Translations under genes and position numbers: made by a program | Assembly (NCBI GenBank): GCA_945860945.1 | Contig: CAMASG010000002.1 | Coordinates: forward strand, 19,086 to 83,085 | DNA from: Akkermansia muciniphila | Lineage (GTDB): Bacteria; Verrucomicrobiota; Verrucomicrobiia; Limisphaerales; SIAT01 | Reading direction: 5' to 3' | DNA: 64,000 nt | Notes under the pieces: generated by a model | Seen by the model: the letters and a program-made list of their open reading frames with translations, nothing else | Database searches by the model: none | What the model was told of the DNA's origin: nothing | In this document: piece by piece, positions 27,192 to 36,663 of the stretch | Position numbering within the stretch: position 1 is the first letter of the stretch | Layout: each line of letters starts with the position of its first letter

Positions 27192-28646
27192 TCAGACGTT
27201 CTCGGGGACAACGAACGGCTTGCGGTATTCGCGCGTGAGCTGCTTGTCGGCGTCGGCGTTGCCGATGAATTTCTCGGTCTTCGTGTCCATCTTGAGCACG
27301 GGGCCGAGCGTGAGCTTGGATTGCGAAAGATCGATCTCGTTGGCTTTGAGATGCTCCACCATCCGGTCGTAGGTTTCGGCCGCGCCGCGGTCGGCTTTGA
27401 TCTGCTCACGGATCGCGCCGGCTTCGGCCTGCTTGCCGAGGCGGTAGGAGATGTTGCCGGTGTGGCAGAGCGCGCTCGAGAGATGACCTTCGAGAATGTC
27501 GGCGCTGAGGTCGGTGTGCTTCCGGCTGCGGACAGCGTCGATGAAGTTTTCGAAATGGTCGTGCGCACCTTTCCATTCCTTGATGACCTTGCCGTCCTTA
27601 TCCACCGCAGTGGCGGCGGTGTAGTTCGGCACCAGCACATTGCCGCCTTCGCACTCGATGATCACGGCGACGCTGCCGCCCTTGTATTTATCCATCGCCT
27701 TGCTGCCTTTTTTATCCGGCAGACCGCGCACCTCGAAGATGAGCGGGGCTTTGACGTAATCCTGGAAAACGATCTGCGTGTTCGCGGTCTCGCCGTCATC
27801 CACGTAGCCGACTCGACCGCCGACACTGAAGACGCGCGGAGCCAGCTCCATCTCGCCGAGGAACCAGCGGGCGATGTCCATCTGGTGGATGCCCTGGTTG
27901 CCGAGGTCGCCGTTGCCGTAGTTCCAAATCCAATGCCAATCGTAGTGGAGCTTGCCGCGGCGCATCTCATCCTTGGGCGCGGGCCCGCACCAGAGATCAT
28001 AATCAATCTCGGTGGGGATGGCTTGCGCGTTGGCGACCTTGCCGATGCTGCCGCGCGGCTTGTAGCAAAGGCCGCGGGCGATCTTGATTTTGCCGAGATT
28101 GCCGGCGGCGACCCACGCGACCGCTTCTTTGATGGCGAAGCTGGAACGACTCTGCGTGCCGGTCTGGACGATCTTCTTGTATTTGCGCGCGGCGTTGACC
28201 ATCTGGCGACCTTCCCAGACGTTGTGCGAAACGGGCTTCTCCACGTACACGTCCTTGCCGGCTTGCACGGCCCAGATGGTGGCAAGCGCGTGCCAGTGGT
28301 TCGGCGTGGCGATGGTCACGATGTCGAGTTTCTCCTTCTCGAGCATCGCGCGCATATCGCGATAGCCGGTGACGTCTTGGCTGGTCTTGTTCAGTTTGTC
28401 CACGCCGGCGGCGAGGACCTTGCTGTCCACATCGCACATCGCGGTGATCTTCACGCCCTTCTCCTTTTGCTGGAGAGAACGCATGCCGGAGATGTGGCTT
28501 TCGCCGCGGCCTTTGAAGCCGACGACGGCGACGCGAAGGGTGCTGTTCGCGCCGGGAACTTGCGACCACGACTTGGCAGTCCAAGCGATGGTGGCGGTGG
28601 CGGCGAGGGTGCTTTTGAGGAAGCTACGACGATTGAGTTTGCTCAT
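27192..28646 (-). CDS. TAT-exported Gfo/Idh/MocA family oxidoreductase
   Basis: Twin-arginine signal MSKLNRRSFLKSTLAATATIAWTA from ATG 28646. Rossmann region LRVAVVGFKGRGESH and EKPVSH motif. Confidence 0.85.
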   Translation of the reverse strand: MSKLNRRSFLKSTLAATATIAWTAKSWSQVPGANSTLRVAVVGFKGRGESHISGMRSLQQKEKGVKITAMCDVDSKVLAAGVDKLNKTSQDVTGYRDMRAMLEKEKLDIVTIATPNHWHALATIWAVQAGKDVYVEKPVSHNVWEGRQMVNAARKYKKIVQTGTQSRSSFAIKEAVAWVAAGNLGKIKIARGLCYKPRGSIGKVANAQAIPTEIDYDLWCGPAPKDEMRRGKLHYDWHWIWNYGNGDLGNQGIHQMDIARWFLGEMELAPRVFSVGGRVGYVDDGETANTQIVFQDYVKAPLIFEVRGLPDKKGSKAMDKYKGGSVAVIIECEGGNVLVPNYTAATAVDKDGKVIKEWKGAHDHFENFIDAVRSRKHTDLSADILEGHLSSALCHTGNISYRLGKQAEAGAIREQIKADRGAAETYDRMVEHLKANEIDLSQSKLTLGPVLKMDTKTEKFIGNADADKQLTREYRKPFVVPENV

Positions 28647-28689
28647 AGATTTTCGAGTTACGGTGGAATAGACGCGTCGGACGGGATGA

Positions 28690-29673
28690 TTATTTGGACT
28701 GGATATATTCTTCGAAACGATCTGCAACCTTGCCGGCCTTCTCGTCACCGGTGTGGAAGTAGAAACGATATTTGAACGTGACGCTTTTGCCGGCGGGTAC
28801 GATCAGGTTGCCCTTGGTCGGATTCAGTTTGTCGGCTTCAAAATCGTGGAGGCCGAACGGATTCGCGGCGAACAGACCGTAGTCACGCACGTGCCACCAG
28901 GTGGGATAACGCGGGTTGGAAGGATGATCGAAGATGGCGATGCCGAGCGTCTTATCGCCGACGGGGCCGTGGTAATCCACCCACTTGGCGCGTTTGCCCC
29001 AAGTCAGCGCGTCGCGCACGCCTTCGCTGTTCACGATGTGGCCTTTGCCGGCGGGTTGGCCTTTCGGTTGGGTGAGTCGCATCGATTCGGCGACGCGGAT
29101 CGCCATCGAACCTTCCTTCGTATCACCGAACACGAGTTCGCCGTGGCTGGCTTTGATCTCGACCTCGTAGTCGAGCACGCGGTCATCTTTGCGATTGAGG
29201 ATGCGGATGGTGCGGACGTCGGTGCCGATAATCTTGCCGTCGGACGCGACGAGCTTGTTTAGCGATTTGATCACGCCGGCGTCCGCGCCACTTTTCACCT
29301 CGAGAAACTTGTCGTGCACCGTCTTGCCCGGCGTGATTTTGCCGTGCGGTTGTTCGCTCCAGAAGTCCACGCCGTTGATGCTCCCGTGCGCATACCAGAG
29401 CGAGCGGTGATGGATGTGGTCGTTCGCTTCGTTCGGTACCTGCTTCATCGGGTAATTGCGCGTGTAACCCTCGCCGCCCAGTCCGAGAACAGGATAAAGG
29501 AAAGGCCGCGAGACGTCTTTGAAGTGGTATTCGGAGAAAAACTTACCGGCGACCTCGATGCGAAGTTTGCCGTCCTTCTCGGTGATGCTGACGCCGTCAG
29601 CGGCCAGCGTGATTTGGGCCGTCGCCACAAAGGCGAATGCAAAGAGTGCTTGAAGGAGACGCGAGCGAATCAT
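28690..29673 (-). CDS. PmoA-family (DUF6807-like) secreted protein
   Basis: Signal peptide MIRSRLLQALFAFAFVATAQITLA from ATG 29673. RPFLYPVLG...HIHHRSLWYAHGSINGVDFW is typical of the PmoA/DUF6807 family. Confidence 0.7.
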   Translation of the reverse strand: MIRSRLLQALFAFAFVATAQITLAADGVSITEKDGKLRIEVAGKFFSEYHFKDVSRPFLYPVLGLGGEGYTRNYPMKQVPNEANDHIHHRSLWYAHGSINGVDFWSEQPHGKITPGKTVHDKFLEVKSGADAGVIKSLNKLVASDGKIIGTDVRTIRILNRKDDRVLDYEVEIKASHGELVFGDTKEGSMAIRVAESMRLTQPKGQPAGKGHIVNSEGVRDALTWGKRAKWVDYHGPVGDKTLGIAIFDHPSNPRYPTWWHVRDYGLFAANPFGLHDFEADKLNPTKGNLIVPAGKSVTFKYRFYFHTGDEKAGKVADRFEEYIQSK

Positions 29674-29745
29674 GGAGTTGATGCTAGGGAATACGCGTAT
29701 GTGGTCAACTCGAAATTGCATTCGATGGCGGCCGAGACGTGGTCG

Positions 29746-30549
29746 CTACGGGTTCGCACGTAGAAGAGCTATTTGTTTAGCGAGCACCCAACCCTCCCGT
29801 CCATCCCCATCGATCACTCGCAGCCAACCGTTCTGCACGTCCAGTACCCGCACTTCCGTGCCGTCGGTCAGCGTGTACGCGTTTTGCGATTCTTCCAAAG
29901 GGCCGTAGTGGATGGCGGCTTCCTTCGAAATCACCACGGCTTCAGGGCGGGCCTGTTGAAACGATGCGCCAGTACTTAACACCAGAAGCAGCGCCAGCGT
30001 TACGCCCGTCGGCATAAGCCACGGACGCATGAGTTCGCGCCATGCGGGATAAAGCAGTTGGTACATCGCCTGTAAGCTGAACCAGAGCGACAGGGAGATC
30101 GTTGCCAGCGCGGCCCACTCCCCGAGCGTCAGCCAGTCGGTGAGGTCGCGCCACAGGTTCGTTTTCAGTGGACGGCCACTGGCGGCTTTCTCACGGGCGA
30201 ACTGCAGATTCGCTCGCGTGTCGGTGTCGCGCGGCGCGATTTGCTCAGCTTGGCGCAGATAGAAAATGGCGCGGCCAAGCTCACCGGCTTTCAGGTGCGC
30301 CGTACCGAGGTTGAAGTAGAGATTGGCAGAGACTTTGCCGGCGCGCGCAATCGCTTCGTAGGCCGCGGCGGCTTCGGGATACTTGCCGGTTTCAAAGAGC
30401 ACGTTGGCTTGATTGAAAGCCTGCGTCGGTTCAATGCCGTTCGTTTTTCCGTGCGCTTTCGATGTTCCGATTAAAAATAGACCGAGGCAGAACGTGTACG
30501 GAAGTAGCAGCCGAAAAAGGTTTGGCAGATTTTGAAAACGGTGGCGCAT
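29746..30549 (-). CDS. batE: BatE-like TPR + SH3b membrane protein
   Basis: Starts at ATG 30549, 4 nt after the BatD stop. TPR repeats (ANVLFETGKYPEAAAAYEAI, YFNLGTAHLKAGELGRAIFY), TM helices, and an SH3-like C-terminus GWLRVIDGDGREGWVLAKQI. Confidence 0.75.
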   Translation of the reverse strand: MRHRFQNLPNLFRLLLPYTFCLGLFLIGTSKAHGKTNGIEPTQAFNQANVLFETGKYPEAAAAYEAIARAGKVSANLYFNLGTAHLKAGELGRAIFYLRQAEQIAPRDTDTRANLQFAREKAASGRPLKTNLWRDLTDWLTLGEWAALATISLSLWFSLQAMYQLLYPAWRELMRPWLMPTGVTLALLLVLSTGASFQQARPEAVVISKEAAIHYGPLEESQNAYTLTDGTEVRVLDVQNGWLRVIDGDGREGWVLAKQIALLRANP

Positions 30550-30553
30550 CGAT

Positions 30554-32311
30554 TCAACCCGCTTTCTTGACCCGTTCCAGTTCATCAAGAATGGTCGTGG
30601 CTTTCCCGAGTATCTGGTGCAAATCGTGCGTGCTGTCGACTGGCGCGTAGCGGGCTTGGTCGGCCGTGCGGAACAATTCGCGCAGCGAAGTGAGAGTCGT
30701 TTCCGACAGACGGTCGTTGAGTCGTTCCTCGATGACCGATTCATTGATTGCCGCAGCGGACAGGTCGAGACGTTCGCCGAGTCGCTCGTACAACAGGCGT
30801 GCGAGCATAGTGAAGAACGCCACGCTGTCGCTGGCCGCTGCGTGCTTCCGCAGTTCGTGCAGACCATCGCGGATGAGTCCGTCCACCTCGCGTTGCCGGA
30901 GGAGGCGCGTGTTTTTCGACAGGTGTTCTTTTTGTTTCCGCCACACAACCGCGCCGAGGAAGGCGAGTAGCGGGAGGAATTGAAACGCGAGAAACCACGG
31001 GCGTGTCACGAGCGGCGGCGTGAGGGCGGCGAGCGTGCCGAGACGAGGTTTGATGTGCGCGACCTCTGGCTTCTTTGGCATCGGAAGTGCGGTAGCAACG
31101 GGGCCGGCCGGTGTCGTAATGAGCGATGCTGGCGCACCGGCGGGCGCGGGCGTTAAACGCAGCGGGATGGGCGTGGATTGCACGGTGCGATAAACTTTCG
31201 CAGCCGGATCGAAGAAGCTGAACTCGAGCACCGGCAGCGCTTTCATCTCCGCGTGGCTCGCGGTGATGACTTGCTCGAACGTCTTGATGCCATTCATCGC
31301 GAGCGAGTCGACGTGTTCGAGTCGCACGTTCGGCGGGTAAAGTTTGAAGTCACGCCACGCGTCCTGCCGCGGCAGCTCCACATTATCGAGGGCGCCGCGT
31401 CCGAAGATTGTGATCTTTGCTAGAATCGGATCGCCCGCGGGAAGGTTCGTTGGTGAGGCGGCGATATTTATCTCGAAGCTGCCCACAGCGCCATTGAAGG
31501 ACGACGGCACGTTCTCTTTCGGCAACGGCAGCACAGTGATTGTCTGCGTCGGACTGGTGAGCTTCATCGGTTTCAATTCGCCAAAGATGATGCCCTGGCT
31601 CACGACGACCGTGAGGTCTGTGTCGAACGCGAGATCGAGTCGGCCGGGCTTGGTGGCGACGGCGGCGTTCCGGAACGAGACGATGTTGTAGAGGCTATTG
31701 CCGATTTGCGCGCGTGTCTGCTGGCTGCCCGGCCGCATCAAAAGGAACCGCACGCCCTCCGTGCGGGGCTGTGGAATCTGGACGTTCTGCGCGGTCTGGA
31801 AAAAGAGCTGCACCTCGATGGGGAAGACTTCGCCGGCGTACACGGCGTTGGTCGGCGCGATGAGTTTGAGAAAGGCTGGCGGCGGTTCAGTCGCGCTCTC
31901 GATGATTGGAACAGCCGGTTTCGGTTCCGCGGGCAAATCGGCGACAACACGGAGATTCAGCGGTTCGCTCTTCAACGTCTCCTTGCCGACGATGACGGTG
32001 AATGACGGCACGGTGAAGTCGCCGAGTTTATCGGGCGTGATGCGGTAACGAAAGGTCACCGCGGTGCTGGCTTTGCCGTTGATGAGGCTGATGGCCTGTT
32101 CCTCGCCGATGAAACCGAGGCCGAGACCGGCGACGATTTGCGCCGACTGCGTCGTTTTCGGCAACGCCCCATCGCAGTGCAATATGAGCACGGCGCTCTC
32201 GCCGAGCGGAATGGTGCTGCGGTCGAGTTTGGCGGTGAACGTCGCTGCTTCTGCGAGGAGCGCGAACAGGCACGCCGCGAGCACCGTCCAGCAATGGAAA
32301 GGAAACCTCAT
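30554..32311 (-). CDS. batD: BatD-like protein (oxygen-tolerance family)
   Basis: 585 aa with a signal peptide, a long beta-rich ectodomain, a TM segment (WFLAFQFLPLLAFLGAVVW) and a helical cytoplasmic tail. Operon position matches BatD. Confidence 0.75.
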   Translation of the reverse strand: MRFPFHCWTVLAACLFALLAEAATFTAKLDRSTIPLGESAVLILHCDGALPKTTQSAQIVAGLGLGFIGEEQAISLINGKASTAVTFRYRITPDKLGDFTVPSFTVIVGKETLKSEPLNLRVVADLPAEPKPAVPIIESATEPPPAFLKLIAPTNAVYAGEVFPIEVQLFFQTAQNVQIPQPRTEGVRFLLMRPGSQQTRAQIGNSLYNIVSFRNAAVATKPGRLDLAFDTDLTVVVSQGIIFGELKPMKLTSPTQTITVLPLPKENVPSSFNGAVGSFEINIAASPTNLPAGDPILAKITIFGRGALDNVELPRQDAWRDFKLYPPNVRLEHVDSLAMNGIKTFEQVITASHAEMKALPVLEFSFFDPAAKVYRTVQSTPIPLRLTPAPAGAPASLITTPAGPVATALPMPKKPEVAHIKPRLGTLAALTPPLVTRPWFLAFQFLPLLAFLGAVVWRKQKEHLSKNTRLLRQREVDGLIRDGLHELRKHAAASDSVAFFTMLARLLYERLGERLDLSAAAINESVIEERLNDRLSETTLTSLRELFRTADQARYAPVDSTHDLHQILGKATTILDELERVKKAG

Positions 32312-32314
32312 CGC

Positions 32315-34156
32315 TCACCAATCCTTGAGCACACGTTTCTCACGCGATTTGGGGGAGGGGCGGTGGATGAGCGCCTTCTCCTCGTCGCGCTGAGCGTCGA
32401 GCAATTGCTGCGCTTGGCGGGGCGACATCTGCGGTGCGTCGTCGGGTTTGTCGGCGGCATCGGTACGGTCGTCGCCCCCATTCTGAGGCTCGTCGGATTT
32501 CTCGTTACCGTTCTTTTTCTTCGTGTCGGATTTACCCGAGCCCGATTGCGGATTCTCCTGTTCGCCCTGACCGCCTTTCGGTGGCTGGTTTTTCTCCGGA
32601 GCACCTTTGTTGCCATTTTTCTTCGGCGGCGGTGGCGGCTGTTTTTTCTTCAACTCCTCAAGCCTCTTGTGGACGAAGGCTCGGTTGAACGCGGCGTCTT
32701 TATCGGTCTTGTCGAGCTTCAGCGCGCCATCGAACTGGCGAAGCGACTGCTCCCACATCTGGATTTTCTGCTGCGCCTCGCTGGCGTGCTCACCGAGTCG
32801 GTAGAAGCTGTTGCCGAGATTGTAGAAAGCGCCCTGCTGCAGTGCGAGATCAGGGGCTTTCAGCGCTTCGTTGAAATGCCGCGCAGCCGCGCTAAAATCG
32901 CCGCCCTGAAAAGCTGCCACGCCGGCATTGTTTTGAAGACGTTGCTTGTCGGCCTTGCCCGGTTTGGCGGGACGCGTCTCGGTGAGTCGCTCGTATTCCT
33001 TCTGCGCTTGATCGAAACGTCCAGCTTCATAATCCCGCCGCGCATCGGTCGGTGATGCGTTCGCCGATGACCCCGGCGACACGAGCAGCAGCGCCAACAG
33101 CAATGCGACGACTTTCAGAGCGACGGTGTCGGTGCGGTTGGTCACGGTGTCATTAGAAGCGTCTCGGCGGCGTTCGGGAAAGAAGATTTCCACAAGCAAC
33201 AGGAGCAAGCCGAGAGCGAGCGGCCAGCGATACTGTTCTTTCAACCGGCGGAGTTGCGCGGATTCCCCCTTCGCCTTCGGCAACGGCGCGAGGCCGTTGT
33301 GATAGAGCGTCTCGATGGATTTTGTGCCGGCGATCGGCAGATAGAAACCTTGCGCCGCGCCGGCGATCTGGCGGAGCAACGCTTCGTTCAAGCGCGACTT
33401 CACGATCCGCCCCTCTTCATCGCGCAGATAGTCCGTGCTGCCATTTCCCGTCGGTACGCGCAGCAGTTCGCCTTCCGCCGAACCGACGCCGAGCGTGAAA
33501 ATGCGCAGCCCTTCTTTTGCGGCAGCTTCGGCTGCCGATAACGCGGCCGGTTCGTGCTCTTCACCATCGGTGATCAGCACGAGTACTTTGTGCGATTGAT
33601 CGCCATCTACAAATGCGCTGAGCGCCGTGCGAATGGCTTCGGCCAGCGAACTGCCGCCCGTGGGGATGATGCCGGCTTCGATGGCGTTGATGTTCTGCCG
33701 CAGTACCTCGGTGTCCGACGTGAGCGGGCATTGAATGAACGCCGAGCCGGCGAACGGCATCAGCGCGAACCTGTCGCCGCGCGCGAGTTGTGTCAGTTCC
33801 ATCGCAGCGAGCTTGGCGCGTTCGAGGCGGTTGGGGCGCGTGTCCTCCGCGAGCATGCTCCGCGAAGTGTCGATGGCGACGACGATGTCTAAACTCTCCG
33901 ATCGCCCTTCTTCGGTGATAATTCCCCAGCGTGGCCGCGCCATGGTGAAGGTGAGACACGCCACAGCGACCAGTAACAACGCCAATCGGAAACGGCGGCG
34001 CGCGGTTGAGACGCCGGCGGTGAGCTGGTTCAAGAGTCGCGATTGAATGAAGAGTTCCATCAACCCGCGTTGCCGACGTTCGTTCCAGAAGAACAACACG
34101 ACCAGCAACGGCAGCAGCGCGAGCAGCCAGAGAAGTTGAGGCGAAGAGAAGTTCAC
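32315..34156 (-). CDS. batB: BatB-BatC fusion: VWA domain + TM + TPR + Lys/Pro/Gly-rich tail
   Basis: GTG 34156 overlaps the BatA stop (GTGA). MIDAS motif VVAIDTSRSM. A second TM segment is followed by TPR-like repeats (YEAGRFDQAQKEYERL, FYNLGNSFYRLGEH) and the tail KKKQPPPPPKKNGNKG. Confidence 0.8.
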   Translation of the reverse strand: MNFSSPQLLWLLALLPLLVVLFFWNERRQRGLMELFIQSRLLNQLTAGVSTARRRFRLALLLVAVACLTFTMARPRWGIITEEGRSESLDIVVAIDTSRSMLAEDTRPNRLERAKLAAMELTQLARGDRFALMPFAGSAFIQCPLTSDTEVLRQNINAIEAGIIPTGGSSLAEAIRTALSAFVDGDQSHKVLVLITDGEEHEPAALSAAEAAAKEGLRIFTLGVGSAEGELLRVPTGNGSTDYLRDEEGRIVKSRLNEALLRQIAGAAQGFYLPIAGTKSIETLYHNGLAPLPKAKGESAQLRRLKEQYRWPLALGLLLLLVEIFFPERRRDASNDTVTNRTDTVALKVVALLLALLLVSPGSSANASPTDARRDYEAGRFDQAQKEYERLTETRPAKPGKADKQRLQNNAGVAAFQGGDFSAAARHFNEALKAPDLALQQGAFYNLGNSFYRLGEHASEAQQKIQMWEQSLRQFDGALKLDKTDKDAAFNRAFVHKRLEELKKKQPPPPPKKNGNKGAPEKNQPPKGGQGEQENPQSGSGKSDTKKKNGNEKSDEPQNGGDDRTDAADKPDDAPQMSPRQAQQLLDAQRDEEKALIHRPSPKSREKRVLKDW

Positions 34157-35151
34157 GGCAGTTTCCTCCACACAGTGTTGGCGAGGAGCAACTCCAACAA
34201 CAGGAGCGCGAACGCAATGCCGGTGAACCACGGGAAGAGCTCGCGATAACGCTGATGCAGCTTCGCCTGCGCGGTGGTTTTCTCCATCTGATCGATCTCG
34301 GTATACACCTGCCGCAACATATCGGTGCTGGTGGCGCGGAAGTATTTGCCGCCGGTGCGCGTGGCGAGCTTCGTGAGCATCTCGTCGTCGATGTCCACAT
34401 TCATCGGCACATACACTTTTCGGCCGAAAGGATCCTTGCGCGGAAGCTTGGCAGTACCGCGTGCGCCGACGCCGATGGCATAAACCTTCACGCCGAGCGC
34501 CTGCGCGGCTTCGGCGGCGGCGAGCGGCGGAATCTTGCCGGAATTATTTTGCCCGTCGGTCATCAGGATAACGATTTTGCTTTTGGATTTTAAATCGCGC
34601 AGACGGTTCACCGCTGCAGAGAGACCTGAGCCGATTGCGGTACCTTCCTCGGGCACGGTGTCGATCGTGAAACGCCGCACGTTCGCGAGAAGATAATCGT
34701 GGTCGAGCGTTGGTGCAGCAGCGATGTAGGCCGCGCCGGAAAAGACAATCAGCCCGATGCGGTCGCTGGGACGGCTCTTGATGAATTCGGCGAGCACATC
34801 CTTCGCGATGGTGAGGCGATCGACCGGTTCGCCGTTCCGCTCGAAATCCTCCGCGGCCATGCTGTCCGAGAGATCGAGTGAGATGACGATGTCGATACCG
34901 CTCGCAGTGAGTTGCGCGCCGCCTTCGGGCAGACGCGGTCCCGCCAGCGCCACGATGCCCGCGGCCAGCGCGAGCCAGCGGAGAGCGGAGAGAAAACCGC
35001 CGGCGCGCGAACGCGTCGAGTGCATCACCTCACGCACTAGTGCGGTCGAGGAATAGACGAACGCCGGCGAAGGGCCGCGGCGTCCTTTGAGCCACGCCGC
35101 AAGCGGCAACAGGAGCAGTAACAACAGCCAGTATGGTTGGGCGAAGCTCAC
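34153..35151 (-). CDS. batA: BatA-like VWA domain membrane protein
   Basis: N-terminal TM segment YWLLLLLLLPLAAW, MIDAS motif VISLDLSDSM, and a C-terminal TM segment. Confidence 0.85.
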   Translation of the reverse strand: MSFAQPYWLLLLLLLPLAAWLKGRRGPSPAFVYSSTALVREVMHSTRSRAGGFLSALRWLALAAGIVALAGPRLPEGGAQLTASGIDIVISLDLSDSMAAEDFERNGEPVDRLTIAKDVLAEFIKSRPSDRIGLIVFSGAAYIAAAPTLDHDYLLANVRRFTIDTVPEEGTAIGSGLSAAVNRLRDLKSKSKIVILMTDGQNNSGKIPPLAAAEAAQALGVKVYAIGVGARGTAKLPRKDPFGRKVYVPMNVDIDDEMLTKLATRTGGKYFRATSTDMLRQVYTEIDQMEKTTAQAKLHQRYRELFPWFTGIAFALLLLELLLANTVWRKLP

Positions 35152-35726
35152 GATGCGCGGTTCAATGTTGGCGGTGCAATCACCGGAGGCACGGCCGCTG
35201 CGGGCGTTGGTTCGGTCTCTGTCACGAGCCGAAGCGCAGCGAGGTGGAGTTTTTCAAGATCGCTTTGCGTCGGCTCGTGTTTGGCAAATTTCACAAGGTC
35301 ACATTCCGAAAGGAACGCGCCGAGAAAGCGCTTCTGATCGGTGTTGAGCAACGGAGTGCTTTGCAGTTCGTTCATGAACTCCTCGGTGGTACGCTCGGGA
35401 GCGCGGAAATCAAAACGCTCCTCGAGATAAATCCGCAGAGTGTCGGAGACGGCGATGCAAAAGAGACGCGGTTGATCAATGAGGTTGAGCGCGGCTGCGA
35501 GTTTGCGCTTCGCACGAGCATGTGCGGATTCAGGCGGTAACGGCGGAATGGTTTTCGATTTCAGGAACCACAGCAGTCCTGCGACTAACGTGGCAACGGC
35601 GAGCGCGGCCAGAATCCACCAGAGCCACGCGCTGCCGGCGTCCACGAACACGAGCGGCTTGATGGCGCGGATGTCGTTCGTGCTCACCGCCGCGAAAGCG
35701 TTCGTGGTTTGAGCGAGTGCATTCAT
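35148..35726 (-). CDS. DUF4381-like membrane protein
   Basis: 192 aa with a single TM segment (WLWWILAALAVATLVAGLLWF) and a helical C-domain. ATGA overlaps at both ends. It holds the usual position between DUF58 and BatA. Confidence 0.7.
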   Translation of the reverse strand: MNALAQTTNAFAAVSTNDIRAIKPLVFVDAGSAWLWWILAALAVATLVAGLLWFLKSKTIPPLPPESAHARAKRKLAAALNLIDQPRLFCIAVSDTLRIYLEERFDFRAPERTTEEFMNELQSTPLLNTDQKRFLGAFLSECDLVKFAKHEPTQSDLEKLHLAALRLVTETEPTPAAAVPPVIAPPTLNRAS

Positions 35727-36655
35727 CCGTGCAAACGCCGTTTCTCGCGGGTCTCGAAGAAGCGATTGAGTCCGGCGGCGTAAGGCTCGCCGGTGTGGAG
35801 CTGGATCGAATCCACGCCTGCGCTCCGGAGCGTGCGTTCCAAATCGGCCTCGGCGGCGGTGCGATGAGCGGCGAAGGCGGCGCGTTTGCCGCTGTCGCGC
35901 GTGTTCACTTCGACCACCTCGCCGGTCTCGGCATCTTCGAGCACGAGCCGGCCGATCTCGGGCAGCTCGCGCTCGAAACGGTCGGTGATGCGTACGCCCA
36001 CGAGGTCATGCCGGCGGTTAGTCTGGCGGAGCAGGGCAGCCGGAGCGGGGCAGAGAAAATCTGAAAGCAACACGACCACCGCGCGGTGAGTGGTGACGCG
36101 GTTGAGAAAATCGAGCGCGATGCCGAGGTCGGTGCCGCGATGTTTCGGCTCGAAGAAAAGAATCTCGCGGATGACTCGTAGCACGTGGCGGCGACCTTTC
36201 TTCGGCGGGATGAATTTCTCAACCGTGTCGGTGAAGAGGATGAGTCCGACCTTGTCGTTATTGCGGATGGCGGAGAAAGCGAGCACGGAAGCGACCTCGG
36301 CGGCGAGCTCGCGTTTGCTTTGCGCGCCGGAGCCGAAACGGCCCGAGCCGCTGGCATCCACCACGAGCATCACGGTCAGTTCGCGTTCTTCCACGAACTT
36401 TTTCACGAACGGATGATTCATCCGCGCGGTCACGTTCCAATCAATCGCGCGCACGTCATCGCCCGGCTGATATTCGCGCACCTCATCGAAGTTCATTCCC
36501 TGACCTTTGAAGACGGAGTGATACTGGCCTGCGGTCCGCTCGGTGACCAACCGGCGCGTGCGGATCTCAATCTGGCGGATCTTTTTGAGGATTTCGCGCG
36601 GAATCATCGTGGCGTGGTTCAAAACTTCAGACCGCTTCATTTCAAGACTCGGCAT
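35723..36655 (-). CDS. DUF58 (VWA-like) protein
   Basis: Starts at ATG 36655, 8 nt after the MoxR stop. GQYHSVFKGQGMNFDEVREYQPGDDVRAIDWNVTAR and MLVVDASGSG are the DUF58 hallmarks. Confidence 0.85.
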   Translation of the reverse strand: MPSLEMKRSEVLNHATMIPREILKKIRQIEIRTRRLVTERTAGQYHSVFKGQGMNFDEVREYQPGDDVRAIDWNVTARMNHPFVKKFVEERELTVMLVVDASGSGRFGSGAQSKRELAAEVASVLAFSAIRNNDKVGLILFTDTVEKFIPPKKGRRHVLRVIREILFFEPKHRGTDLGIALDFLNRVTTHRAVVVLLSDFLCPAPAALLRQTNRRHDLVGVRITDRFERELPEIGRLVLEDAETGEVVEVNTRDSGKRAAFAAHRTAAEADLERTLRSAGVDSIQLHTGEPYAAGLNRFFETREKRRLHG

Positions 36656-36663
36656 GCTGTGGT

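Noticed and set aside
29746-30948. N-terminal extensions of track ORFs that run into the upstream gene: 5871..6017, 27113..27640, 30550..30948, 36656..36934, 55713..56201, 58575..59117, 58906..59097 and 59430..59930.
   Set aside because: Each extension overlaps a well-supported neighbouring CDS in another frame and is low-complexity (R/S/P/A-rich). Each also precedes an internal ATG or GTG that sits 0-10 nt from the neighbour's stop and begins a signal peptide or a family-typical N-terminus. I used the shorter coordinates. I did not call any of these pseudogenes or fusions.
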